Shown here in pieces: positions 40,454-53,700 of a stretch of 64,000 nucleotides of DNA (position 1 is its first letter; each line of letters begins with the position of its first letter). Position numbers and translations under genes: made by a program. This stretch comes from Octopus sinensis (lineage: Eukaryota): assembly GCF_006345805.1 (NCBI RefSeq), contig NC_042999.1, forward strand, positions 147,498,001 through 147,562,000. Direction: 5' to 3'. The notes under the pieces are model-generated. The model did no database searches, had not been told where the DNA came from, and saw only the letters and a list, made by a program, of their open reading frames with translations.

Positions 40454-42571
40454 AGTAGCTAATGAAACAGATACACTTCCCTGAACTTGTATCTAAAGAA
40501 ACTGACAACGCGTAATTGTCAAGTTAGCATGAATGCATAATTCCATTTTTCTACATCCTGTCTTTCAAACACAATAACATTTAGAATGGGCTGTAAATTT
40601 TACAGACACGTTATTCAGTAAGCTTTGGGTGAAGATTTTTCATAATTGTTTTCTTCCTTTATTTTCCATATCATCCTGTGAGTGGGTTGTCTGCTTGCAG
40701 GAAATATTAACGATGCCAAAATAATGTTATTCACTGGAGAGTGATTTCATCAAAGACTTTTAAGTAAAACTGAAACAATGTCACAGGTATATGTAACGCC
40801 TACATTATATCTCACAGACAGAGTTCATTATTCATGCTTATATTCAGATTTTAACTGGGTTAATATAAATTCCCATATGCCCCCACCCGGACAAAACATA
40901 ACCTATAAAATATTTTCTTCGCTTGTGTTATGTGAAAAATTCCATGAGAGTTTTATATAGTTTAGTAGCCGAAATTCCAGCACACAGAATTGATACAGGT
41001 TAGATAATATTATATTTTATTTTAAATTATTTTACTCTCTAAGTATAATAGGAGAGCATATTCATGAATATCCGTTGTCTGTACTAGAATGCATCATGTG
41101 GTTTGCTATACACGATTCGACAACCATTACTTATCTAAAGCTATCCATTTGACATACAAATATTGACCGGATCCCCGTAATTAATATATCAGGTAACTGA
41201 CCAGATACCATAATCCAAATCAACCTCTTTAATAACGATGCTGTACACCATACACAAGGAAACTAAAAGGTCCTAATTCAAATAATCATTTTCTTTATCG
41301 GCTTGAATCTCTGCTCTTCTTTAACGGTTGTCACAAGCGTTTTCGTAGGCCTACTGGAGTCTCACGTATTTATGTCATATCAAGACGCTCCCAGCCACAT
41401 TTTACAGATTTTGAAAATCATCCGTGCCTTATTATATCACCTGTATTCTTCCATCAGTGCATAAATAACCAGACATATCTCCCTGAATTATAATTTTAAC
41501 ACTCCATCGGCAGCCGGCAACCGCAGGCGGCTTAGACAAACCAAACTACACATAAACTTGAGGTCAGGTTTCTTTAGCAGGACAAACACCATTGTTACAG
41601 GTCACATGTGCTAAATGAACAACTTTGCATGAAATACACCATACATCTGAACAACACTCTTCTAATTCTTTATACACTCGTACTTGACTACATAAAATAT
41701 TTGTATCCCAGATCACCTAGACAAGAAAATGCTGATGACGTGGTCAGTTGCTGACATTCTGTAAGGCTCAAGCTACAATATATAGAACGGTGTACAGTTT
41801 ACAGGCAAAAACATGACTGCATCCAACAGGCTATTTGCATAATATGCAAAAACTATTCAAGATTTTTTCAGCAGCACACCATTCAGTTCTCGACTTCTAC
41901 ACTGTGATTTTCTGAAGTAGCATGTTCACACTATTCCGTTGAAACCAGTTCAATATACTCTCTATAGTTCATAAAGTTCCATTTCGTAGTTCTATAATCT
42001 TTCCACAATAATTATGACCTATGTTCCCCTAAAAATTTCTGACAGTCCTACATTCTGAAACGTATCAGGCTACAGAGGTTTAGCTAAATATTAACCAAAT
42101 CAACCTGACTGAAATATGATATGATGGTTTGCAAAGATCGCGGTATATCCGTTGTCACTACCCTAGATAATCAATATAAGCATAAAAACTACACTTCCCG
42201 GGAATCATGACGCTTCTGACTTGAAGATGCACCAGTTATAAGTTTAAAATTTCCCGAAAAGATTAATTTATAGGGATATGTCTACACTGCTTTACATAGT
42301 TTAAAAAACTGTTCTCTTTCACGACATATTGGAGTTGTTCATCACGGGGTCCCTAAATTTTGTTACGGCTTTGGTACGGAAACCCTGTAAGATGAGTATG
42401 GGTCATGTCTATAGGGTTTAAAATTGGCTCAACAATAATGTAACTTCCATCAATTAGGACATGTGGTAAATTTTAGATATGTTTTGTAACAAAGAAAAAT
42501 AACAACCGTGACGCGAGAAAATCTAGTAATTCCAGTCGGAAATATCTAGAATACCATATTTTTTTCTTTTC

Positions 42572-42777
42572 TTTATTCTTTTAATTGTTTCAGTCATTCG
42601 ACTGTGACCATGCTGGAGCACCGTCTTTCGTCGAATAAATCGAACCCAGGACTTATTCTTTGTAAGACTAATACTTATTCTAACGGTCTCTTTTTTTGCC
42701 GCTAAGTTACGGTGACATAAGCACACCAGCATCAGCTGTCAGTGGTGTGTATGTTGTGTTGGGGCAAACACAGACAC

Positions 42778-42780
<3 letters not shown>
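42572..42780 (-). mobile_element. SINE family B, 3' part
   Basis: Reverse complement of 17430-17607. Confidence 0.7.
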
Positions 42781-42855
<75 letters not shown>

Positions 42856-43179
42856 ATGTATATATATATACACATATATATATATGCATATATACATATA
42901 TGTACATACATATATATGTATGTAGGTATGAATATATGGGTACAGGATGCCACAAAACGTAAACAACATGAAATACGAAAATAAATTTGGGCACGCAAAG
43001 AACGGGGAGAGAAACAACTGGAAAACAAGAAAAGTAACATAATGGAACGACCCTTCATCGGTTGTTGGCTGTCCTTCTACTCCTTATTTCGAGCCCATCC
43101 ATTTCCAAGTTTACCTTATATATAAATATATTTATACATATATATATATAATATGTGTGTGTGTGTGTGTGTATGTATG

Positions 43180-43210
<31 letters not shown>

Positions 43211-43386
43211 TATATTATATATGTATGTATATAATATATACATATGGTATAATATTATATAATATATATAAAATACATAATATATATACATATATAATAT
43301 ATATATACATATATAATATATATATACATATATAATATATATAATATATATATATATATTATATATATAATATATTATATATATAT

Positions 43387-43437
<51 letters not shown>

Positions 43438-43438
<1 letters not shown>

Positions 43439-44330
43439 ACGGGAAGCTTTATGAAAATAGACAAAAGACGAAGGCAGGTTTACGGAAATAAACAAAAGAC
43501 GAAGGCAGGTGGAATACAAACAAACAATTGTATTAGTATGGCACTCAGGAATATAAATAAAACAAGTCTTTAACGTTTCGAGCCTACGCTCTTCAACAGA
43601 AGATACACAGAGAAGATACACAGAAAGAAGGAGAGAAAAAAAATGCGTGCAGAGGCTAGCGAATCAACATGGCGATCTGATTTCGGCCAGAAGTCAAAGA
43701 TCAAACGTGAGACGCAAGAGCGAAATTAGGGGAGATAATAGGGTTAAATGACCTCGCCCCAACATAAGAGTGTGTGTGTGTATGAGAGAGTATTAGTGCG
43801 TATGAGAGGTTGTCTGGGTGTGTATGTCTATATGATGTGATGTGTAAAGTCGTATGGTGTAGTGTAGAGAGAGAGATGAGGGAAGAGGGGGAGGGGAGGG
43901 GAGGGGGGGGGAGAAGAGGGGAGAAGGAAGGGGGAGAAGAGGAGGAGGAAGGGGGAGAAGGAAGGAGAGGAGAGAGGAGGAGGAAGGGGGAGAAGGAAGG
44001 AGAGGAGAAGAGGAGGGGAGAGAAGGGGATAAGGAAGGAGAGGAGAAGAGGAGGGGAGAGGAGGAGGGAGGAGAGAGGGATAGGGGGAGAGAGAGAGAGA
44101 AGGGGAGTGAGGGAGCAGAGAGAAAGAGGGAAGGGAAAGAGGGAAGAAGGGAAGAAGGCGGGAGGGAGAAAGAGGGAAGAAGGGAAGAGGAGTAGAGGTG
44201 AAAGGATGAAGGACTGAAGAGAAGTAGGGGTCGGGGCGGAGGTTAGATGAGGAGGGTGGAGAGGGGGGTTAGATGAGGAGGGGGGAGAGTTGAGACCAAA
44301 TGGCGTAAAAGAGCGAAGAGAGAAAATTAT
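43438..44330 (-). mobile_element. Repeat family P1-related copy with a long polypurine/polypyrimidine tract (43865-44290)
   Basis: Shares ACAAAAGA.GAAG and ACGTTTCGAGCCTACGCTCTTCAACAGAA with the copy at 15660; bounded by (TA)n. Confidence 0.6.
43567..43603 (-). ncRNA. Minimal type I hammerhead-like motif with CUGUUGA core
   Basis: Minus strand: TCTT-CTGTTGA-A-GAGC(GTAG)GCTC-GAAA-CGT-TA-AAGA. Confidence 0.55.
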
Positions 44331-44639
44331 ATATATATTATATATATACATATACAATTTGTAAGTAAGGGCAAAAGAAAAAAATTTTCTAATGACAAAA
44401 TAGCTGAAAATAGACAACGTCAATAACCATATAATTTATCACTAACAAGCACGTATTTCGAAGAAAGCTAATAGAAATTTCTAAAAAATCCCGTTAGGAC
44501 CATATCGGACCCGATTTTAGAGTTAAGTTCATATGAACCTTCCCTTCATCAGTGATAAATGCTGCAAAAGGAATAAGTGAGATACTTACTTATACCCATG
44601 GAAGAAGCGAGCACTAAGTCATGAGCACGCGACGGGCTA

Positions 44640-44764
44640 TCAAATGCACTGACAAGGTTTTGGTTGTCCCGAGGCTATAGTAGTAGACACTTGCCCAAGG
44701 AGCCACGCAGTGGGACTTAACCCGTAACCGCAAGCTTGTTACCACACAGTTACGCCTGCGCCTA
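44640..44764 (-). mobile_element. SINE family B, 5' part
   Basis: Reverse-complement homology (AGACACTTGCCCAAGG). Confidence 0.65.
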
Positions 44765-45547
44765 TGTATATGTATTGTGTATATGGATATATATTTACTA
44801 ATGCAACTAGAGACTGTTATAGCCTTGTTTTAATTATGTCTTCTAAAAATTGTATATTTAGCATCCAAAACCATATTTTAAAATTTTATGCTCATCACAT
44901 TTGTAGAGAAAATTAAAGGCAGCATCTTCAACCTATCCACAGTTATGTGAACATTCAACGAATCATATTTTACAAATAATATATCATTGCAGTGAGAGTC
45001 TACAGTATAAGGAAACTGCATCATTCTGCGCTAGTTAAATCATTACTCGATATAAAAAAAAAAACTATTTCATACTTATTAAAAATTCATACACACTTTG
45101 AATAAAATATTGTAAATATGTAAATGTATGGAAACATTAATTGCTTGCTGCATTAATAATATACAGTGAGTAGCAACCAAATTAAATCGAAAGAAAGTAA
45201 TAAATTGGTAAAGCTGATACATAAATTCAATCTGCAAAATATCCACAAGCAGATGTCCCCATACCCGTGTATAAACGTTAAGTACTAATGTGTATATTTT
45301 CTACACGTATTCTAAACATCCTATCTACATTTAGGGAGAAATTATAGTGACTATTATGAATCAATTTCGTGGTAAACAGATGAATTTCACAAAGATCTTT
45401 TGATATATTTAACTCCATTTTAAAAATTAGTGATATTCCATCTCAAAAGAGTTAGATATGAATTAGCAAAAATCGAATTTCTTTGCTAAAATATTCAATC
45501 TCGAAAATAAAATCACACACACATTCATACTCTCTCTCTCTCTCTTC

Positions 45548-45588
<41 letters not shown>

Positions 45589-45666
45589 GCACACACACAG
45601 TCATACACTGTTTTCAGTCCGTTTCGTAAAGTTGACCCACAGTTTCAGTGAACAGATGAACCCGTG

Positions 45667-45697
<31 letters not shown>

Positions 45698-46416
45698 CGG
45701 GAGAAAGAGAGAGAGAGACAGAGGAGAAGAGCTAATAAGCGATGGCCTGGACAGTATGCTTGGAGATGTGTTTAATGTGGCATCTGTACGGTGGGGAATA
45801 GAAGAATGTGTCAGGATGTGTGATCAAAGATTGTTGTAGAATCTAGGTCGAGTGAAATGGGAGCAAGTAGTGTGGGCTAGGTCAGTTAAGGTGACAGATA
45901 ATTAAGAATGTTTAGTAAAGGAGACGGCAGACAAAAGGACACGTAAGCAATATTTTTGATGCGCACAAAAGTTGCGTGAGAGAAAATAGGGAAAGGAAAT
46001 AAGAAGCAATTAATTGATATCGTTAAGGATAGGTCAGCAGTACATAATTCGGAGGGCATGGTGAAAATATAAAGAAATTAGAATCTATAATAAAGTTCAG
46101 AATTTAAAACAATAAACATGACCAAAGAAAATGCATAAATTTATAGTGGAGTGGAATGAAAGGTAGGTGGTGAAGCAGAGAGTTACAATAATGAAAAATA
46201 GAAAACAAGGAAGTGTACTGATTGTAGATATTACGCCTACCACACAAAGTGTTTTCTGCCTTATACGCAGCAAAATTTTGAAACGTTGCGTATACATTTA
46301 TAGACACAAAGAAATATACAAAAACATACACAGCACTAAGATACAGACACACGCGCACGTACGTACATTCATACACATATATACACAAATATAATGCTCA
46401 AAAAAAAAATATAATA

Positions 46417-46623
46417 ATCCTATCTGCTATAGGCACAAGACCTGAAATTTTGTGGGAGGGTCTAGTCGAATTCATAGACCTCAGTGCTCAATAAGAACTT
46501 ATTTTATCGATCGGAAAGGATGAAAGACATGGCCAACCGAGGTGGTATCTGAATTCAGAAACGAGCGAAATGTTGCTAAACAATTTGTCCAGCGTGTTAA
46601 CGGTACTGCCAGCTTGCAGCCTT
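46417..46623 (-). mobile_element. SINE family A, diverged
   Basis: Reverse-complement homology to family A. Confidence 0.65.
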
Positions 46624-46929
46624 AATTATTATAATAATAATAATAACATTGGTCAACAAAATTTGAACTTTGTGGACTTTATAGAACTTTTAACGCAGGC
46701 CTCGAATCTGCTTTTAGAGTTTTTTCTATAAAGCATGGTGTTTATGTGACAGAGTAATTAAATTATACAATAAATGTGCTACATTGATGCAAAGATAAGG
46801 CTGACAATTATAATTAGTCGACAGAATTAAGGAAAAATTCTGTCTCGCAAACAAAATCTAGGTGAACTAAATAGTATTTTGTCTGCAGAATTCAAGTGTG
46901 TTTTCAGATTTTTTCAATAAGTCATAGTA

Positions 46930-47860
46930 AGACGGCACAGTGAGAGCATGGCCACAGAAAAGAACAAGACAAGAATTACAAGAACATAAAGAAATAATAC
47001 GCAGTAAGGGACTATACAATCAATTCCATATAGCCACAACTGAAGCTGCTGGAGAACATAGGTGGGACTGGTTAAAGAGAGGAGCATTTAAAATGAAGAC
47101 TGAGGACGCTCTAATAGTAGTGCAAGACCCAGCTTTGGCCACAAGTAGAGGGCCAATTTTGAAAATGAGCAAGTGTCTCTATTGTGCGTAATTTGTAATG
47201 GATTTGCGGAAAGAATTGCCCATATTGTGAATGGCTGTCCCAGGCTTGACCAAAACCAGTATAAGATGAGGCTACATGATAAGGTAGCATAAGTGTTGAA
47301 TTTCAGACTGTGAAAAGTGGGGGATAGAAATATTTAAGACATGGTGCAATCCCCAACATAGAGAGCGACTGAGTCGTGATCTTGAAAATTCTTATGGGTT
47401 TCCCCAAATCAAACGGGTCACGTGCTTCAGCACAACAAACCGGATATAGTGCTTGTGGACAAAGTAAATCGCATATGCACTATAGCTGATGTTGCCTGCC
47501 CATTTGATCCGGGGATCGTTAAGAATATAAGCAATAATTTAGGCGCATATGGTCCTCTCAAATACGAAATAGCACGATGTTGGAAGATAAAAAACAGGGT
47601 GAAAGAGTTGATTATTTTTGGAAGCTTGGGAACAGTATCAAAAGTTATTAAAGAGGAAAATAAGGGAAATGGGAATAGAGTATCCGGTAGAGCTGTTGCA
47701 AAAAGTAGCCTCTTTGGTACTGCGAGAATCACCAGGAAAGTATTAGTAAATGTAGACAAGTGCTATGGTACAGTAGGCTACTTGAGGCAGTCCGGCTACT
47801 CATGCAAAACACCAGAAGTTCCAAAAAGAGATGAGTTAAACGAATAACCATAATAACAAT
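46930..47860 (+). mobile_element. 5'-truncated R4/Dong-clade LINE from a distinct lineage, covering the CCHC and RLE region
   Basis: WDWLKRGAFKMKTEDALIVVQD, HIVNGC, HNKPDIVLVDK...IADVACPFD...KYEIARCW and IIFGSLGTV. Confidence 0.9.
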
Positions 47861-48580
47861 ATGATTAAATTAAAATTGAACTAGTGCAAGTGTTCTTAGT
47901 TTATAATGGCACTCCTAAGATAGGGGGTGTAAACATTAATATTCCTGCTTGTATACACGTAGTAACATGAATCTCTGTGAGCATTATAGGCACATATTTG
48001 TGCGTGTGTTTTTGTATGTATATGCGTATAAGATTATGTACATATACACGAATACAAAGATTTAGGTAGAACTCCTGTAATACTTTGTTTTCACTTGCTT
48101 TTTAAGAGTGTTATTCTTTTTATATTCCAGACTTAAAATTACAGACTAACTCTAATAAAATAATAATTTAGTTGCTCTATAATTCTTTTAAGCAAATTTT
48201 CTTTTCTTGAAATATTCCATTATTGACTTGTAACTATTTAACCATTTAAAGAATGCAGACAAAATTAATGAAAAGAAAAAATATCGTTTTCAATTAATTT
48301 TTATGATTTCATTTATTTTCCTTGTCTATTGGTAACATGAGTCTAAAAAACAGGCTGAAATATAATGATGTACAATCTTTTCTTTTATCGTCATATAGTA
48401 TTTTGAATGAATGTTAATTTTCTTTTCTTGTATTGTATGTTTACTCTTGAGATTAAACCGAGAAGCCGTTTCTGAGTTTTTCCATTGGTTCTTGAAATAT
48501 AGCCCCATATCATTCTCATCATAATATTAATTCCTGCATCTCCAATGTTGAAAAGATCTGCATTAACACTTAAACAATTT

Positions 48581-48620
48581 TTCACTGATGAAGTCTTTCA
48601 AGACGAAAACACGTCAGAAG
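48581..48620 (+). ncRNA. Degenerate minimal hammerhead
   Basis: CTGATGA-A-GTCT(TTCA)AGAC-GAAA-ACACG-TC-AGAA; stem I is imperfect. Confidence 0.45.
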
Positions 48621-49464
48621 TTGACACCTTCCTAATAAATGTTTTACATAGTCTAAAAATATTTCATATCTAAATGTCTTTTAACTTGAATTTTCCCATC
48701 TTGTTTCTTTTTTCGACTATTATCAACCAGTTACAATATTAATGTTCTGTTCACTAAAGCAGTAATTTTCATTTATGAAGAACTTAGTTTAATGCATCAC
48801 GCGCAATAGAAGCCACATTAATATTAAGTCTTCATGCTCTACGTGTCTTTGAGAATTTCCTTGTCGTCATAAAGTTTTAGCATCCGCTTCAGGTTCTCTA
48901 TTCTAAGTTAATATTTTGCATCATATACTTTTTTTTAATGAATCAATGAGTAGATATTTGGAAGGGAGGTCTATCCAAAAGTATTAGAATAATAAAATAA
49001 ACGACAAATAAACTATTTATGATAATTTTCATAACCTAGAGTATAGAATGACAGAATGTTAGATGACATGGTTATGAAAATCAATGAAAACATTACGAAG
49101 ATTTTATTGCAAAATTTGCTTTAATCTTCTAATTCCATTTAAAACTTTCAGGTACAAGACTGTGTAGTTGCGTTTGATTTCTTTCCAACCGCCCTTTAGT
49201 TGTAGAGAGAGACGCTGGTGTTAGTAAAATTTAGGCAGATTACTAGCATTATTTGAGCGTATCAATTATTTTTAGTGTATTCACGATGGCTCTCATATAA
49301 GTAGAAGTGTTTAAAAGTATACTGTCCGTGTATTACAAAGCAGCAAATCATCTGATATAAAACAGAGACAAAGAAAAGGGAACTGTATTACGAATGTACC
49401 CAGGGGAAAGAGGAATAAAATACTGAGTATGCAAATACAGTGAATGAACTTTACTGTAATACAG

Positions 49465-49752
49465 TTCTATATTTAAGAGATGAGGAATTATGTACGTTAT
49501 TTACATTATTTACATTTGACGGATATTTGTCCTCATCTTGTTTGTTGTTAACACAAAGTTTCGGCCGATATACCCTCCAGCGTTGATGAGGTGTCTCGGG
49601 GGAATTTCGAACCTGGGTTCTCATTCCTAAGGTATTTTTCGATGTGATTATTATTATTCAGGTCACTGCCTGGAATCGAATTCGGAATCTTGGGGTTAAG
49701 TAGCCCGCGCTCGTAACCACTACGCCACATGCCCACAGGCATATGGCGTAGT
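49465..49752 (-). mobile_element. tRNA-headed SINE family D with an HHR-like module and a short inverted copy of its 5' end
   Basis: Minus-strand A-box TGGCGTAGTGG and B-box-like AATTCGATTCC. HHR-like segment at 49550-49595. 49719-49733 is inverted at 49738-49752. Confidence 0.7.
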
Positions 49753-50012
49753 AGGTGGTAGAACTTCCCTCCTCCTCCATCTTCTTCTCATCCTTCTTCT
49801 CTCCATCTCTACTTCCTCTTCATCTTCTTCTCATCCTTCCCCTTTTTCCTCTTCTGCTTCTTTTTCTTCTTCTCCTCCTTATTATCCTTCTTCTTCTTTC
49901 CCTCCTTTCTCTTCTATTTCTTTCATCCTTCTTCTTTTCCTTCTTCTTCTTCTTCATTTGCTTCTCCTCCTTCTTCTTTGTGTACTACTACTACCACCAT
50001 CTCCCAATACTT

Positions 50013-50021
<9 letters not shown>

Positions 50022-50099
<78 letters not shown>

Positions 50100-50134
50100 T
50101 AATAATAATAATAATGATAATAATAATAATAATA

Positions 50135-50178
<44 letters not shown>
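50022..50178. repeat. (CTA)n-(AAT)n microsatellite
   Basis: Direct inspection. Confidence 0.95.
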
Positions 50179-50180
<2 letters not shown>

Positions 50181-50515
50181 CAAACCTCACCTCGGCTCTA
50201 TTGTCAACCAAATATGAAAGTATTATTTGACAGGCAAGAACTCTGGCGTTGAAGACAGTCAGCCAGCCAACCACCAAGCCAGCCAACGAGACAGACAGAC
50301 ACTACTGTGATGGTGATAATGATAAAAAAACAAAAATAACAATAAGATACTGCTGTGACTACACATAAAACAATATCATTGATGATGATGGTGGTGATGG
50401 TGATGGTGATGATGATAATGATGATGGTAATGGTGGTGATAATGATGATAGTGATAATAATGGTGATGATAATAACAATAATAAGCCGACTACGGCTGCT
50501 ATAATGGTACGATTA

Positions 50516-50747
50516 AGGCGGCGAGCTAGCAGAATCGTTAGCGCGCCGGGCGAAATGCGTAGCCGTATTTCGTCTGCCGTTACATTCTGAGTTCAAATTC
50601 CGCCGAGGTCGACTTTGCCTTTCATCCTTTCGGGGTCGATAAATTAAGTACCAGTTACGCACTGGGGTCGATGTAATCGACTTAATCCGTTTTTCTGTCC
50701 TTGTTTGTCCCCTCTGTGTTTAGCCCCTTGTGGGCAGTAAAGAAATA
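50516..50747 (+). mobile_element. Young SINE family A with a 16-bp TSD
   Basis: TATAATGGTACGATTA at 50500-50515 and 50748-50763; tRNA-like head. Confidence 0.95.
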
Positions 50748-50779
50748 TATAATGGTACGATTATAATTGTAACGGCAAT

Positions 50780-53700
50780 GATGGCCGTCTCCCCACGAGC
50801 CAATCAAAGCTAAAATATGATAACATTATCGTAGCACCAAAATGTTTTTGGAAACTAAAAGGAAAACTAAATCAGTATACCAAATCGCTTGTCCTATGGT
50901 TAATCTGGAAGCGCGTCCCCAGGGAAGAGTCAGCCTGGGATCGAAAAGTCATCAACTGGCACAAACTCTTCTCCGAATACGGACATGGATGGTCACTTGA
51001 ACGGGAAATCCCCCAACTCGAGCCCTCCAAGTTCACCACAACCACCACAGAAAGAAAAATGTAAGCGGAACAAATGGACCCGAGAAGAGTATAAAGCAGT
51101 AATATACGCTTATTACTATGCATTAGGTAGACCATCTCAAGAGAGACACACCGCAAACTCTTACAGTATATGGAGAACACGGAATCAAGACAGTAGGCCC
51201 TATTTGGACGAGAACAAATTAGCAAATGTGAGGAGGGATATCCTTAGAAATAACAGACTCACAGACAGTGAAATAAGCGCGATCAAGCACGCAACGGAAA
51301 ATGACATAAATATAAGACACAAAGGAAATGAAGAATCAGATGAACAGTATAGCCTGCCACGAGGCTTAATTGAAAGACTGCCATCTGACCAAAGTACGCA
51401 AAGGCCTGAAAATACAAGAAATTCTATTGTACCTGTTAAAGAAAGCCAGGAAAACGAAAAAACAACAGTAACTGAAGATCTCGCATTTGCTGAAGAAAAC
51501 AGAGAGTCTATGGCAGAAATGAGGCAGAAAATCCTGAATACGCTTGAAGTTGTAAGACATACAAGTATGAATGATAGAGAACCACTTCATAAACTCTCAA
51601 ATACAAACCAAAATAAAAAAACAAATCCAAATTGGCAACTATGTAACAAATGAAATAATACGAGAATTAAAACCTGATTTTACTGAGTTAAATGAAATTA
51701 TTTACGCTTCTGCTAGGGCAATTGAAACCAGCTGTATGCCCCCGAGAAAACAAAGAAAACCAAACCTGGGAAGAAATCAAACCTGGAGAAGTAAAATTGA
51801 AAAAGAGATTGAATTTATGAGAGGAGAAATATCAATATTAAATGAACAAATATGTGGAAATGATGTAAGATCCAGAACAGGAAGAAAGATGAAGAGAAAA
51901 TTTGGATCTTCACCAAGAGAAGAACTGATATCAATAAAAGAAACGCTGAAACAAAAAGTCCAAGCAAAAGCCCAAAGAATACGAAGATTTGAGAAGAGAA
52001 ACAAGTTTTACAAGCAAAATAAGCTGTTCACATCCAATGCCAAAATACTCTACAGAGAAATAGGGAAGGAGAAAGAAACCGTTAAAGACCCCCCTCCCAT
52101 GGAAGAAGTTCAAAACTTTTGGAAAAGGATTTGGAGTGACAAGAAGACGTACAACATAAATGCAGACTGGATAATACAAACTGAAGGATCCTACCAAAAT
52201 TTACAACAACAAGCATGGGAAGACATCACAATAGCAGACCTAAGAAAGGCACTCACGAAGGCCCATAATTGGAAATCCCCCGGTAAAGATAGGGTGCCGA
52301 ATTTCTGGCTCGCATCGCTCCCATGCGCACACGGTAAGCTAGTTCAGCTGCTCAATGGAATTATGAGAGACCCAAAGAAAACACCTGAATGGTTAGCAAG
52401 TGGCATTACTTACCTACTCCCAAAGAATAACGAAACCAACCTTCCAAAATACTATCGGCCTATAACCTGTCTATCCACCACGTATAAAATCCTAACATCT
52501 ATCCTGGCGGAGAAAACATATGCATTCATGGAGAAGAACGATATTTTCCCCATTGAACAAAAAGGATTCCGCCGAGGCTCTTACGGATGCAAAGATCAAC
52601 TGCTAATCAATCGTATGATCCTCGAGAACTGTCACAACAAGCGCAGAAATCTCAGCACCGCATGGATTGACTATAAAAAGGCCTTCGACAGTATACCGCA
52701 TCCATGGATCTTGAGATCGCTGGACATCTTCAAAATTTCCCCTGTGATTTCAAACTTCCTGAAGCACAATATGTCGTTGTGGAATACGAATCTCCAATTA
52801 TACCACTCTAATGGAGTACTTGCCTCAGAAAATATAAACATCAACTGTGGAATTTTTCAAGGTGACTCACTTTCACCTTTAATATTCTGCATAGCCCTAA
52901 TACCCCTTACAAGTGAATTAAACAGAACAGGGTATGGGTATAAAATTGCCAATAAAAAAATAAGCCATCTATTTTATATGGATGACTTAAAACTTTATGG
53001 TAAAGACAATAATGAACTTGAAGGCCTATTGCGCACTGTGAAAGCATTCAGCGATGACATCGGGATGGAGTTTGAACTTGAGAAGTTGCCAAGGCCACTT
53101 TCCAGAAAGGGAAAGTGAAGACCACAAATTCAGTCGTGTTAGATGTTGACACAGTCATAAGAGAGCTTGAGCAAGAACAAACATACAAATATTTAGGGAT
53201 AAATGAAGGCTCTGGTATTCAGCATGCAAGCATGAAAGAGAAGATCAGGAAGGAATGTTATAGGAGAGTTCGTGCAGTCCTGAAATCTGAACTTAATGCA
53301 CGTAACAAGGTGTTAGCTATAAATTCCTTAGCAGTTCCAGTTGTTACTTATAGCTACAATGTGTTGAACTGGAATATGAGTGAAGTAAAGAATATAGATA
53401 GGAAAATACGCAAGCTGCTGAGTTGTAATAGGATGCACCACCCAAAGGCAGACGTAGATCGCCTTTACCTTCCCAGAGCCCAAGGAGGTCGAGGCCTGAT
53501 CCAATTTGAACTAGCTTACAAAACAACCACAATTGGACTGGCCAAATATCTCGAAATATCGAATGACTGGATGCTAAAGCTCGTGGAAAATCACGAGAGA
53601 CGAGAGAAGCTTCATTCTATCATAAAGGAAAGCAAAAAATTTGCTATTGATCTCGTGCAGGATACCCAAACTGAACAACCCGAGGGAAGTACGGCAACTA

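Noticed and set aside
43045-43100. Possible permuted (type II) HHR on the minus strand; similar pattern near 55305-55350
   Set aside because: The core is mutated (CCGATGA, CTGATAA) and stems I and III do not pair convincingly.
43701-44423. 240-aa Pro/Ser/Leu ORF and antisense Glu/Arg/Gly ORF
   Set aside because: Low-complexity polypurine tract inside a repeat.
51600-51630. Programmed frameshift between two Dong ORFs
   Set aside because: R4-clade elements have one ORF, so a +1 in an A-run is more simply a mutation or sequencing error.
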